64,000 nt of DNA from Octopus vulgaris (Eukaryota). Below, one piece after another: positions 35,611 to 51,747 of the stretch. The notes under the pieces were generated by a model that was given only the letters and a program-made list of their open reading frames with translations, ran no database searches and was not told where the DNA came from. Every line of letters begins with the position of its first letter. Within the stretch, counting starts at the first letter, position 1. The position numbers and the translations under genes are program-made. The stretch is from NCBI GenBank assembly GCA_951406725.2, contig OX597836.1:4588001-4652000 (forward strand). Reading direction: 5' to 3'.

Positions 35611-36359
35611 GTATATATGTATATATATACATATATATATGTATATATGTATATATATATACATATATATATGTATATATATATGTAAATATATATATGT
35701 GTATATATATATATATACATACATATATATGTATATATATATATATGTATATATTTATATATTTATATATGTGTGTATATATATATATATTGTCACATTT
35801 AACGGATATGCGTGCAATACTGTACCCTGTGCGTGAATGGAATTATCGAAATATTCTTACCGAAATTATACATAGATCGACACACGAGAATATAACGAGG
35901 TACTATTTCAAATAAACAACAAAAAAAAAACAAAATAAAATAAAATAAATATAATAACCTAAATTGTCTACTCAACACACATCGAAAACTGAAACACGAA
36001 CAACAACATCCACATGTTATCGATTGCGATAAACATGGACAACATTATGCATGTGCAACATTAAGAATGCGCAGAAAATGTGGAATACGAATATTTATAC
36101 GTTAGCCATATTTATCTAGCTTGTACAACCACGGCATTGTTCTTCTTGCATATCTATTATTGTTATTATTATTATTATCATTACTGAGTTAGAGTGCAGT
36201 GCATGCAATCAAAGTGACACTGGCGGTAAAATATACGAAGCCCAGGATACCCATCAGGACTACCCGCCTGATAAGGGTACACCAGGCACATGCATCACAA
36301 CCATATGTGCGCGACATGGTGATTTCATATCAAGATAAACAGCACATGACCTTGCAGTT

Positions 36360-36418
<59 letters not shown>

Positions 36419-37297
36419 TTTGGCTTTCTTCGCCTGTCCTTAAGGATATATTCTCTTTATTTCGTTTTTCTCCTTCATCCGTCCACGGAGATCCAGAGCT
36501 TCCTTCGATTACTACATGTTCCAAGTTCACAAATTTCCTTATTTAAATTATGAATCATATTCCTTTCGATTATATCGATATGATTACAAGACCCCTATCT
36601 AGACGATATTTTCTGTTTGGTCGACACTAATTTTGAAATTACTTGAAACCCTTGCTCTTCTCATATCGATGTACAACTGGCTGGCTGCGTGTAAACAACG
36701 GGGTGGCCAAAAATAGACCTACACGAACTAAAGTCTGGCCTCCTGATTTCCGTTTCCTGGTCATAATCCCCTGGAACGAAGTAAAATTAAATAAAGTACT
36801 ACACAGCTTTATGCATAAACTCCATATTGGCATAGTAGCCATAAACCGATTAAAGATTAACGAAAGCCATCACAATCACTGCTTAATAAAGCTATCCTAA
36901 ACTGAAATTTTCGATATGGCGTAAATCAGTGGAGAAGTTGACTTACTTCCCTTTACTTCCTTTATTAGTTATCTGCCCCTTAATTTTTATTTCCATTTTT
37001 TATGCCCGTAAGTTGAACAATTTATTTTCTTGTCACCCTTATTTATAATTATAGATATATGTATGTGTGTATGCATATGTGTGTATGCATATGTGTGTGT
37101 GTGTATGTATGTATGTACGTGTGTGTGTGTGTGTCTGTGACTGTGTTTGTCTACGCTATCGCCTGACAACCGATGCTGGTGTGTTTATATCCCCGTCAGC
37201 TAACGGCTCGGTAAAATAGACCGATATAAAAAGTTATAGGCTTACAAAGAATAAGACTTGTGGTCAATCTCTTCAACTAAGTCTAAAAATGGTTTAA

Positions 37298-37517
37298 CCC
37301 TTTAGTGTTCAGATTACTCGGTTAAATGTAATACTTTTTCACTCAAATCGTTTTGAATTAATCATGCATTATCTTACAGCTTTGAGGTTTCAATGATGTG
37401 ATTGCTTAGTTTTAGAATGTCAATGTAGGTTAGGTGTTAGGGGCTAGATATGGCCAGTTTGAATATAAAACATGTAGAATATCTGGGCCAGATATGGCCG
37501 GTTTAAACACTAGAGGG
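37298..37517. mobile_element. piggyBac-like MITE nested in a SINE
   Basis: TTAA at 37294-37297 and 37518-37521; termini CCCTTTAGTGTT / AACACTAGAGGG (1 mismatch). Confidence 0.8.
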
Positions 37518-38931
37518 TTAAGGTGGTGCTCCAGCATGTATGCTGTGAAACGACCGAAAACAAGTGAAAGAATAAAAGAATAAAAGAATATACATATGGG
37601 TTGAAAAAAGTGTAGAGAGCTTACGAGAGCTCGTACAAATTAAATTTTTATATTTGAAAGATGGAGGTGGAAACAGCACATGAATCATTTCGCTTTAGAA
37701 AGAATTTTTTAAAAAATGTTTTAACAATTATATTAAGAAAGTATCTGGTTTCGATGATGAATTATCTCTTATCAAATATTAATGAAAATTTAAAAGAATT
37801 TGCAGTAAAGACAGTTCGCCCCCAGTGGACAAAACATGTCTGGAGATTTTTCAGTGAAGTCTTCTTTAAATATAGTTTTGTATAAAGTTCAAAGTGTTAG
37901 AGAGAAAGAAAGGAGGCGTAGTTGTCTATTGTCTAAAAAATATGTGTGTTTCTGCAGATGGAAAGGCTTATAACCATTTATTGAATGGGTTTTATATCCG
38001 GCTGTGCGTGAATGTGTGTGTGTAGGGGGGGGGGGGGAATTGTGTTGAATGTCCTTTGGAATGTGACCAGCTGTGTGTTAATGGGTGTGTATGTTGTGCT
38101 GAATGTCTTGTTTTGACGGGAATTAAGATTTTCCTTGTTTTTGATGTGTGCATTGGAACAGCAATGTTTTCCGTTGAGTGACTCCAGCAGTCTGAGAAGC
38201 AACTCACAGAGGTCTTTCTAGACAATAGACAACTACACTCCTTTTCTTTCACCCTAACACCTTGCACTCTATACCAAACTATATTTAAAGAAGACTTCAA
38301 CGCAAAAACGCTCCAGAAATGTTTTGACCACTAAGCAGAGAACATGCTGCTTTTACTTAAAATTTTTATAAATTTTTTATTAATATTTGATATGATGAAA
38401 TTCATCATCGAAGCCATTGATATTTTATACTTTCTTTATATTAATTTTAAATGATTTTATTACATTCTTTCTAAATTGGAATGATTTACCTCTGTGCTGC
38501 TTCCACCTCCGTCATTTATATATATTTATATAAATGAATGCAACTGCTCACAATACCACTCTTTGAGAATAAACCCGGACAATGTGGTGTCATGTGGCAG
38601 GAAAGTAAATTTCGTACATTGCAACAAGACCTGCGCTTATGCATTTCTTTCACAAAGACACCGGAATGTACATCGTCTATACGCCATACATCTTATATCT
38701 ACGTATCAATCTAAGCGCTCATACCGGACCTCACAAAAAAACATTTTGTAAATGCTGCAGTATGCGGATGTACGTCTTACAATTGTTTGAATATCTCCAG
38801 ACACCTGAACCTCACAACTCATAAGATTTCGCTTGGAAAGAACTGTTTCAGCATCTGCCAAATACCAAATCATAAATACATGGAAGTATATCGTTCGAGG
38901 TACACTTTCACATACGCGCACGCATTCAAAT

Positions 38932-39312
38932 AGTGGAGGCGCAATGGCCCAGTGGTTAGGGCAGCGGACTCGCGGTCATAGGATCGCGGTTCCGATTCCC
39001 AGACCGGCGTTGACAGTGTTTATTGAGCGAAAACACCTAAAGCTCCACGAGGCTCTGGCAGGGGATGGTGGTGATCCCTGCTGTACTCTTTCACCACAAC
39101 TTTCTCTCACTCTTACTTCCTGTTGTACCTGCATTTCAAAGAGCCGGCCTTGTCACTCTCTGTGTCACGCTGAATATCCCCGAGAACTACGTTAAAGGTG
39201 CACGTGTCTGTGGAGTGCTCAGCCACTTACACGTTAATTTCACGAGCAGGCTGTTCCGTTGATTCGGATCAACCGGAGCCCGCATCGTCGTAACCGACGG
39301 AGTGCTTCCAAC
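38932..39312 (+). mobile_element. tRNA-derived SINE, family B2 (full length)
   Basis: GGAGGCGCAATGGCCCAGTGGTTAGGGCAGCG...GGTTCCGATTCC head; near-identical inverted copy at 46518-46903. Confidence 0.9.
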
Positions 39313-39814
39313 CAATTCATTCAACTATGTGTGTGTGTCTCCGTTTATATATACATATATGTATATACATACATAGTGGTTAGGTGTATTTATTCAGTTA
39401 CATCCGATTAAATACGTAAGCCTTGGTATGGTTGCGTATGTCACACGCTTGTCTTCTTTTTGTGTTTTTGTGAATCACCTTGTGTATGTATATAATTGTA
39501 TGTGTATCTACGTATCTATTTATCTATCTATTGATCAATCGATCTTACTTCTGTCTATCTCTCTTTCTACCTATCGATTTTTTTATCATATCAATCGGTT
39601 TCCATATTTACATATCTATGAGTAGATATGCATACATCCATACATATCCACATGCATGTATCAAGGTGTATATGAAAATGATATATTTATGTGTATATAT
39701 ATGCATACATACATGAGTGTGAATGTGTGTCTGTGTGTGTATATATATATATATTTATATATATATGTATACATACATACGTACATACATACATACGTGT
39801 GTGTGAGTGTGTAC

Positions 39815-39862
<48 letters not shown>

Positions 39863-40372
39863 ACGTGTGCGTGTGTGTGTCTATGTATATATTTATGGAC
39901 GTACATTACATGTATTAAGCGGTGCTGATGATGTCATAGGGCGCAATGTACGTTTGAGTGGATCAGTTGAACCTAGAGCTATCCTACATTATAAGAAAGA
40001 TATTGCGCGCCTCATGCTCTGCCACTAAGGCCGAGCAAGACTGGGGCAGAGCGTTGAACTGAGGTCTCTCAGAGCTAAACGATGTAATGAAGGACAACCT
40101 TTCTACAGTACCATCCTTTCGATAAACAACCAACTTAGAACGCTATCTTCCCCTATTCTCACTCCGACAGTTTGAAATGAAATGCTACCACTACCCCTGG
40201 CCTGATTTGAAATCAGAGAGCATAGTGAGGACAAATGTCAGGATAGTCGTTATCATACACTACGCTGTGACTGCATTGCCGATTCACTAGCTACATGTGT
40301 AGATGTGTGTATGTGTGTAGGCATCCATGCATACATACATTTGTCTCTTTTTCTCTCTCTCTGTATACATGC

Positions 40373-40403
<31 letters not shown>

Positions 40404-40690
40404 AACATACATACATACATGCATACATATGTACATACATATATTCACACACACACATACACACACTTTCATACACGAACACATATTACACTAACGGCCA
40501 TGTATTTGCATGCGTGAGTATACACGTGTAATTATACAGTGTGAGGCGTATTTATGCGTTATTGTAAATGTTTGTATATGCACAGACACGCACAGAGACT
40601 TATATGTGTGTGTGTGTTTGTGTACGTATATGTTCAGACACACACCTATGTATATATACATCTCTATATTTATGTATATATATGCATATC

Positions 40691-40735
<45 letters not shown>

Positions 40736-40846
40736 AGAGAGGTAGAGAGGGATCAATATATTGATATTTCTGTATTTATCGATGTTTATGTTTATATATA
40801 TTCATATATACATAAGTATGTGTGTGTGTGTTGGTATGTATGTACG

Positions 40847-40894
<48 letters not shown>

Positions 40895-40919
40895 TATGTG
40901 TGTGTGTTGGTATGCATGT

Positions 40920-40978
<59 letters not shown>

Positions 40979-41704
40979 TGTATATGGTGCACAAATGCAC
41001 ATGACTGCTTGTATGCATATGTCAAAATGTATATGCATGTATATACGCGCACCAATCATTCGATGCTATTTCCAGTGATTTCAACGTATTTTCTTTTTCT
41101 GTTGCGAATGAACGAAAATTAAATCATAGGTTTGCTTTTATTTTGGGAATTAGCTCTTGGAGAATATATTTTATTCATTTTAATGCTTGCCTCCATTATT
41201 AGGAAAAACATACATCTGCCTACATCAATGTGCAAATATAAACTAACACACCAACCGAAGCATATACAAATGCACAAAACACACACACATACACACTTGC
41301 ATACGTATTTATTCACATAAAGACAGTAGACTTACCTGCATACACACACAAACACACACACACACACACACATGCAAGCACATGTATATTTACATAGATA
41401 AAATCATGTAGTACCGACTATATTTATGCGCTAGTGTGAAAGAAAAATAAAAATAAATGGTAAAATGAATTCTAGGAGTAAATTGGAAATTGCAAGAAAA
41501 AAAGATGGTATAAATATATGTCAGATTTATGTACTTAAATATACATATAAATGCACATGGATGCACACAAACTTGCATTCATATATTCATAGTCAACCTC
41601 TCAGAAGCAACAGCATAGAAATATGCATTTGTCTATTAATATAAAAGCATAAAAATATCAACACATACAAAAATACATACATGTGTGTACGTGTGTGTGT
41701 GTGG

Positions 41705-41737
<33 letters not shown>

Positions 41738-42121
41738 GACATATGTATATATGTTTTATATTTTTAGATAGCATTGAAATAAACGTACAATCGTACACAG
41801 TCACACGCGCAAAACACCAAGATGTGTACAAGAAAGTATAAATGGATCTGTGTTTCCAGGAGTTGGCTATAAGTTTGTATATGAAAGCCGGAGTATAAAG
41901 ACATTTATTCCAAATACATAGAAGACCCAGATAAAAAAAGAAATAATATTTGTATGAAACGCTCATTCAATTCAGGAATCCACGCTGCAAAATAAAATGT
42001 AGACTTATTTAATATGATTTTTCTGTACATAAGCTTAAACATATATATATATATATGTTGTTTTTCTCAACATTGTTAGATATATTTATTATATTAGCAC
42101 TCCATGTTTACGTGTATTTTG

Positions 42122-42201
<80 letters not shown>

Positions 42202-42228
42202 CATATATATATATACACACACACACAC

Positions 42229-42324
<96 letters not shown>

Positions 42325-42644
42325 GTATATGCTGAAACATTTCGCAGAAAATATTTTGTCGTAGTACACAGTGATATAATATGTATGTGTGTGAATGTGT
42401 GTGTATCTATGGGTATATATATATATATATTTATGTATTTCAACCGTTAAAAATTCGACGGAGTACTTATAATTTAAATTTACCACTTATTGTATCGGAC
42501 TCTAAACCGCTAAATTTCAGGAACTAAGAAACCAATATCCTTGCTCAAGCAGTGACTGGAAATAAATACAAACGCTAAGACATATGCACACCCAATAAGT
42601 TTCGAGATTCAATTTAGCATATTCATCATTTTTCCTGTATATAC

Positions 42645-43985
<1,341 letters not shown>

Positions 43986-44586
43986 ATAGATTCAAGAAAA
44001 ATGATGAATCTCGAAACTTATTTGGTGTGCATAAGTCATAGTATTTGTATTTATATTGTGCAGGAAACGGGACCCCAAATGCTAGTTCGAATACTGGGAA
44101 AATATTCCTTGCAATAACGCAAAGTCGGTTAAAGACGAATAAATGATCAGGTGGTGGTACTAAAACAGAAAACATGAAGCCCCTCCCAGCTATGTAGAAT
44201 AAGTGTTTCTTATGATTATCCGTCTCGTAGGAATGCTAGTGTTGAAGACACGCCCAAGGCGTCGAAAATCAGGGACTGCAACCCGAAACCTCGAGAATAT
44301 GAAGCGAACGTCATATTAACATAGTCGCACATACAAATGTACGCATGCGTGTACACAGGTCTACAAAAGATTTGCTATTTTTGGTTCGAAGCCAGCAAAT
44401 TAGCGAGAGTGGGTGAGTCAATTAAATCGACCCAAGTTCTCAATCAACACTCATTTTATCGATCCCGGAATGATGAAAGACATAGCGGGAAATTCAACTT
44501 CGAATGTAAAGTGCCGGAAAGAATGCCACGAAGCCTTTTCGCACCGCGTGCTAGACTCACTGATAGCTTCCTGGCTTGGTGTGTAT

Positions 44587-44641
<55 letters not shown>

Positions 44642-46517
44642 CAGGCAAACACTTGTTTATATATAACTTTCCCCCGTCTAGATTTTTCTTCAACTCAACT
44701 TCAGGAAGAACGAAAGAAAGAAATACACAAACATGAGATATATCAAACATCGTTTCTCTTTTATAACCTTTAATTGAGCGTTAAACTAATTATTACGCAG
44801 TTTTATTCTGTCTTAGATACTTTCCTCTTATGTGTAACCTGATATATATATTATACATATATACATATAATATATATACATGTATATACATGTATATATA
44901 TATATATATGCATATACTTATATAAGTATATATGTATACCTATATATGTATATATATACATATATACATATATGTGTGTATGTGTGTGTGTGTGTGTGTG
45001 TGTGTTGCGGTGTGGTTGTTTCTATATACACGTACGTATCTACATACGAGCATATATACACGCAAATAAAACACCACACACACATATATAAAAGTATATA
45101 TACGTGTTTGTATGGGGGTAGATGGGTGAATGTGTGTATGTGTGTGAAAGCATAGGTGTCTTTAGCATTGTATATCTCTAAACAACTTAGTTAAAAATGC
45201 AAATCGTTCTACTTTTGTGTCGTATTTAAAAAAAAATAAACATAATAACAACATACCAGCAAATGCTTACAGAACAAATGACATAGTTTTCAGATACACT
45301 CCATATATTCATATATTTTCAAGTATTCATTTTATAAGTTTTAAAATGCAAATAATATATATATATATATATAGAGATAGAGAGAGAGAGAGAGACAGAC
45401 AGACAGAGAGACAGAGAGAGATAGAGAGAGAGAGATAAATAGATAGATAATTATATATGTATGTATATCCATTGAAATAAAACAACACGAATAGTGATGT
45501 ACTTTAGCACAGATGAAACTGCCTGAAAATGCTGTGAAAGCTCTCTTCAACACCAAAGATACATTTTAATGTGGGACACCGAACAATTTCTAGAAAGTAA
45601 TTCCTTTTCGAGCGTCATGATGATGTATATTGAATCGCCGATCTATCTTAATTTATAGGGACGTCTGTTGGGATCGAACATGGTCATATCCAGTTAAGAT
45701 TTTATGAATGTTGTTGCTGCTGTTGTTGTCTATATTTCTCTCTTGTCAATTATGGATACAGTTTTCTCTATGGACCTCCAATCAGAATAGAGCGCTGTAA
45801 ATGTAACACTGTTATTTGTGTGAGATGTAATTACTTCTTCGAGCAGGTCGAGAAAGCACGAAGCGGCCCTAACGTAGCTCGATGTCAGTCAACGTGAATA
45901 AAAGCTGCATCTAAATTTTGTGAAGTAACGGGATATTAACTACGACCCTTTTGCAGCGCCTCCGTCACTGATGAACAAGAAGTAAGGTGTCACATTGTAC
46001 CTAGAAAAATGTATCGAATATTTACAAATGGCGGATTCTACAACATCTCTATATGCGACATTTTGTTGTGGTAAATAAAGTGATACTTTTTAGCCACTCT
46101 TAAAATATTGGTTTCAAATATTGACATAAGGCCACTAAGTGCAGTGGAAGGGATAAGTTGATTACATCGAATCCTAATCTTCAAATAGTACCTGGGCGTA
46201 ATTTGAACTCAGAGCTTTAAAAAACAGAAGAAATGACGGTAAGAATTTTGTCCAGAGTGCTAACGATTGTGTCAGCTCGCCTTGCCGAGCAGTAGAGTTT
46301 TATTAACAAGCTAAGGCAATATTTTACTAGTGACTAAAGAGTATCCCTTTAAACGCGATAGCTGAACCGCGATAGCTGAACCGCGATATGGCGAGGGATT
46401 ACTGTTGTACAGAATACAAATGGCAAACTGATGCACCGTAAAACGAATCGTATCCACAGGGGGAAATTTGGTTGCATCATTCAGAATTTGAACCAGGGAC
46501 ATGATGTACATATTCTT

Positions 46518-46903
46518 GAAGCACTCCGTCGGTTACGACGACGAGGGTTCCGGTTGATCCGAATCAATGGAACAGCCTGCTCGTGAAATTAACGTGTAAG
46601 TGGCTGAGCACTCCACAGACACGTGCACCCTTAACGTAGTTCTCGGGGATATTCAGCGTGACACAGAGAGTGACAAGGCCGGCCCTTTGAAGTACAGGTA
46701 CAACAGAAACAGGAAGTAAGAGTGAGAGAAAGTTGTGGTGAAAGAGTACAGCAGGGTTCACCGCCATTCTCTGCCGGAGCCTCGTGGAGCTTTTAGGTGT
46801 TTTCGCTCAATGAACACTCACAACGCCCGGTCTGGGAATCGAAACCGCGATACTATGACCGCGAGTACGCTGCCCTAACCACTGGGCCATTGCGCCTCCA
46901 CTG
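46518..46903 (-). mobile_element. tRNA-derived SINE, family B2 (full length)
   Basis: Reverse complement of 38932-39312. Confidence 0.9.
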
Positions 46904-47215
46904 ATGATGTACATAAACCATTAGTTCACGGAACTTCGTTCACATTGTTACTATTTGAATATATGATCGACATAGAGAAATAAAAGTTCAGCTAAACGAT
47001 ATTCAGTGTTAGGTTATGTGTAACTAGTAACATCTGAAATAATGTTGAAACAAAAGAGACACAGATTATTTAGATTAGCGATTAGATGAACACGAAAAGC
47101 AACTTAAAAATCAATAAGTAAGAGACAATGATTGAATAAATATATTGTGTGTATAAATACATCTCCCTCTTTCTATCTCTTTCTCTCTCTCTCACTGTCT
47201 CTCTCTCTCTCTCTC

Positions 47216-47258
<43 letters not shown>

Positions 47259-47341
47259 ATACGCAAATATACGTGGAAGTGTGTAAACAATTCCTTATTT
47301 TAGATAAATAGATATATAAATAGACAGTTAGATAGATAGAC

Positions 47342-47390
<49 letters not shown>

Positions 47391-47416
47391 TGTATGGATG
47401 TATGAATGTATACTAT

Positions 47417-47572
47417 GAGGGCGCATGGTTAAGTGTTTAGAGCTTCGGGCTTATTATCGCGTGTTCGAATCTCGGACTGGGCCGTGTGTTTGTTTTGTGC
47501 TTGAGCAAGACACTTCATTTTACGATGGCCCACATCGCTCAGCTGTAGATGTGAGATCCGACGTCACTGGTA
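47417..47572 (+). mobile_element. tRNA-derived SINE, family D (partial)
   Basis: GGGCGCATGGTTAAGTG...GTTCGAATCTCGGAC...TTGAGCAAGACACTT; fuller copy at 61382-61712. Confidence 0.7.
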
Positions 47573-47770
47573 AAATTTCCACTTATTTCTTATTTTGATT
47601 TTCCTAAAATTTTCGTTGCGTTTTGCAACCTTTTCAATAGTATTGACTCTCACCGTTATTTACACTGCGTTTTGTGCGCATGTGCACAAACAAACAAAAA
47701 GGAAAGTAATAAGTGGAGATTTTACCGATGAGTGTGTTACATTATATGGCACAAAAAGAAAATGACACAA

Positions 47771-47824
<54 letters not shown>

Positions 47825-47826
<2 letters not shown>

Positions 47827-48240
47827 AAAGTTAATCCAAACAAGAAAACACAAAAAAAAATACAACAACGCGAGGACGTGGAACAAAAATAGTATTATTG
47901 GACGCTCAGGAAAGAAGGGAAGACGGAGGGTTTAACATTTCGAGCGGAGCTCTTCGTCGGAAACATAGGAGAAGGAAAGATCCCGAGAAGGGAAGACAGA
48001 GGAAAAAAATCGCCAACGGTACACACGAGGTCACAGTTAAACCAAAAATGAAAACACAAAAAGAAAACACAACAACGTGAGGACGTGGAACAAGTATAGT
48101 GTTATTGGACGGTCAGGAAAGGTAAGAAAAAAGGAGGGATCAACGTTTCGAGCGGAGCTCTTCGTCAGAAACACAGGAAGAGGAAAGATCCAAGGAAGAG
48201 AAGACGGAGAAAAACAATCGCCAACAATACACACGCGCTC
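47825..48240 (-). mobile_element. Tandem ~210-bp dimer, each unit with a minimal hammerhead (PLE pLTR / retrozyme-like)
   Basis: Units 47825-48035 and 48036-48240; minus strand GTTT-CCGACGA-AGAGCTCCGCTC-GAAATGTT-AAAC (47930-47964) and GTTT-CTGACGA-AGAGCTCCGCTC-GAAACGTT-GATC (48138-48172); bounded by (TA)n and (CA)n. Confidence 0.75.
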
Positions 48241-48316
48241 ACACACACACACACAGACACATACATACACACACACACTCACACACACTCACACACACTC
48301 ACACACACACACACAC

Positions 48317-48362
<46 letters not shown>

Positions 48363-48680
48363 TGTCTGAACACGTCAATACTGCAATATTGACCGTATGG
48401 TTAAGAAGGGAATGGTTTGTTTTATTGTGTTGAATTTTCTTGTAATCTGGAGAGAGCAATAAACGATGCAATCTGATGAAACTACTTGTTAATTGAGAGC
48501 AAGTCTGTCTGTGGTATCCAGAAGAATAATCTGGAAATGCTTTTCAATTTCATTTGATTTCGTATAGGATTACTAATGGAATAGACGCAGAAAACGCCAG
48601 GATAATCTTACAGGAATCAATGGCGACGGTGTTGATGCATTGCCAAATACATATATACGTAATGGCGACATAAGCGCACG

Positions 48681-48735
<55 letters not shown>

Positions 48736-48993
48736 TTATATTTAGTTTTGTAGATATACAGAAACATAGAGAAAAATATAAAAAAAAACCCAGAGATTGT
48801 TAGATACTTGGATATCTGCGTGCGTCTGAGCGTGTGCGCGTTAATGCAATATATATAAGAATATATGTGTGTGAGTGTGTGTACGTGTGTGTATGTGTGT
48901 GTGTGTATGTATATATATCTTTATGTATATCTCTCTCGATCGAATAATACATATATGTGTGTGCGTGTATATAGATATGTATATGTATATATC

Positions 48994-49027
<34 letters not shown>

Positions 49028-49081
49028 ACGCTATATATATATATATACATACATAGATCCACACACACACACACACAAACA

Positions 49082-49147
<66 letters not shown>

Positions 49148-50131
49148 AATGTAAACGTGTGTCTATTCACGTGTACGTGAATATCCTCTTCGCTGAAATT
49201 AAATCAATTGAAATTGGTTATTTTCCTATGACGTAGTTCCCAATACAATATACGGACTTACACGTTCACTTTATTCACGTCTTTTCATTGTTCGCACACT
49301 TTCGACTCCGGTTCGTCTCCGTATGCCGAATGACGAGCAATAATCGAAACATTGAGGAAACTATTAAAAAGCTAAACGAAAAGGGCTTTCCCATGTTCGT
49401 CCTTTTCAGTGACAGAGGATGACAAATCAACTCCTCATTAGACATTGAATTCAAGTGACCGGAGAAATAACTCTGTTCACATCGTATTCTTGGAAGAACA
49501 AGTAGAACATTGTATTTAGTTGAAATGAAATGGCGTTTCTTCAGGTTTTCCGATTTTTACAAATGGCGGACTCTACAACATCTGTATATGCGACATTTTG
49601 TTGTGGTAAATAAAGTGATACTTTTTAGCCACTAGTAAGATATTTACTTAGTTTTTAACTAAAATATTTACTTAGTTTTTAATATTGAGATTGGCTTTAG
49701 TTCAAGAATTTTCTCTTTGTTCAGTCTTTGGAAAATCAAGAATCTCAGGAAACTAGTAAAAAAATTTCAGTAACAATTGTAATAAAACTGCAAAGGAGAA
49801 TTTAACTCGAAATATCTTTACACGTTAAATCTGGGAAGGTTGTACACGGCAAATGGCACCTAAGGACCACGCAATTGTGTTAAAAGGAGTAGTTGCTTAA
49901 CACTACCGCTCCATACTTAGTACCCTGCTATAATTTTACCTCGAATATCCCCTTGAATATTTAAGATTGATATTTGTGTATACGGAAAGGCAAAATTAGT
50001 TGTTTGAAAGGAAGATCTTACTCCGAAACTTCTGAGATTTTTGAAAGTAGATTTCTAGTAATTTTTGTCCACAAATCTATGATCCTGTAGCCTCTGTATT
50101 TTATTTATTAGTTTCTTGAAGACTCATTCCT

Positions 50132-50197
<66 letters not shown>

Positions 50198-50496
50198 TCT
50201 CTCTCTCTCCCTTTCTTTTATGTGCGTTGCTGACGGGAGACGGCACCCATGAACCGGACGAGCATGAGAGATTTTGAGGACAGATGAACTTTGGGGAAAA
50301 GGTACAACAGTAAATTTGCATTGCATTGAGACGGCGTTTTATTGTTTATTCAGCGAGCTTTCTATTTCCACGACTTTAAACTCGACGTATCAGTGCCCTT
50401 TTTAACTTTCAGGTGCGGTGACGGATTCATATAATATTTGGATATATTCGCTCATCGGTGATTTTATCTGATACATTCCAAGGTGCCAAAACTTAC

Positions 50497-50600
50497 CCGA
50501 GTTTTGCATACTTTAGTCCCATGACCAATTTTACTATTGGATCCACAATTGAATACCTTGCTACATATTACGACCACGTGACGGAGAGGACTTGGCAGCA
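50497..50600 (-). other. Candidate 104-nt internal exon of an unidentified transcript
   Basis: Minus strand acceptor CCTTTCCCCTATTTTTACCAG| and donor CGG|GTAAGT; one frame open (LPSPLRHVVVICSKVFNCGSNSKIGHGTKVCKTR). Confidence 0.4.
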
Positions 50601-51455
50601 CTGGTAAAAATAGGGGAAAGGCATAATCGCCACAACTCTGGATTTCTTGAACTGGATTTTGATTATCGCATGCCATTTAATGTCTTTCTCATATCATGTC
50701 TCCTAGGAATGGAACAATATCCGTTGATGCAAAGATCAATTTTGTATCTTTCTCAAGAAAAACAGCGAAAGTTTGGTAAGGGTTTTCAATAAGGAAAACA
50801 GATAGATAGAGATATAGAGGGTAAGTGAGAGAGAGAGAGAGAGAGAGTGAGAGAGAAAGAAAGTTTTATCAAAAGTAGACCAGAAGCTAGAAGATTAGGG
50901 TGACAATAACACAAATTCTCAAACATAAAAGGCACTAAAACATAATTCCAAATATCCTCCGCAAATACCACGCCAGGCATTTGGTAAGAAATATCAACGC
51001 ATTTCGGAACCAGTAATAGTCTTTCGAAAACACCAGAGTTTACTTCGCTTCGTCGTAATTAAACACACTATCAACTCGAACAATATGTTCTGTTGTTCGT
51101 GTTACGTAGCTATTTATGTTATTTAACATTTTCTCGTTAGAAATTTTACTAGTCCAATAGGAGACACTTTATAATTGTTTTATAATTAGGAAAGACCTCT
51201 ACTTGCTTCCATTTGTGGTAAATATATTGCTTTTCTATTGCATTAGCTTTGGGTATTCAAAATTCAGCCATTAGATGCCATGCTGCCGTCTGGTCTTTTT
51301 AATTCCCGCAGCGTCCACATAAAGTAATATCAAAATAAAATCTTTCGAGACGAGATAATCTTTTGATGCCATTTAATCTTTTTTTCTTTCGTTATTTGTT
51401 TTTATTTTTAAGTATTAATTTGAATATATCAGCTTCTAATATTTTGCATTCGGGT

Positions 51456-51517
<62 letters not shown>

Positions 51518-51704
51518 ATGTGTGTGTGTGTGTATGTGTGTATAAGTATATACATATATATATATATATATATATGTACATATGTACATATATATGTATA
51601 TATATATATATATAAAAGTATATATATATACATATATACATATATATATGTATATATATACATGTATACAGATATATATATATGTATATATATACATGTA
51701 TATA

Positions 51705-51747
<43 letters not shown>

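Noticed and set aside
38932-39010. Functional tRNA gene (also 19645, 30545 and 61382)
   Set aside because: tRNA-like heads continue into SINE bodies and lack a paired acceptor stem and T-run terminator.
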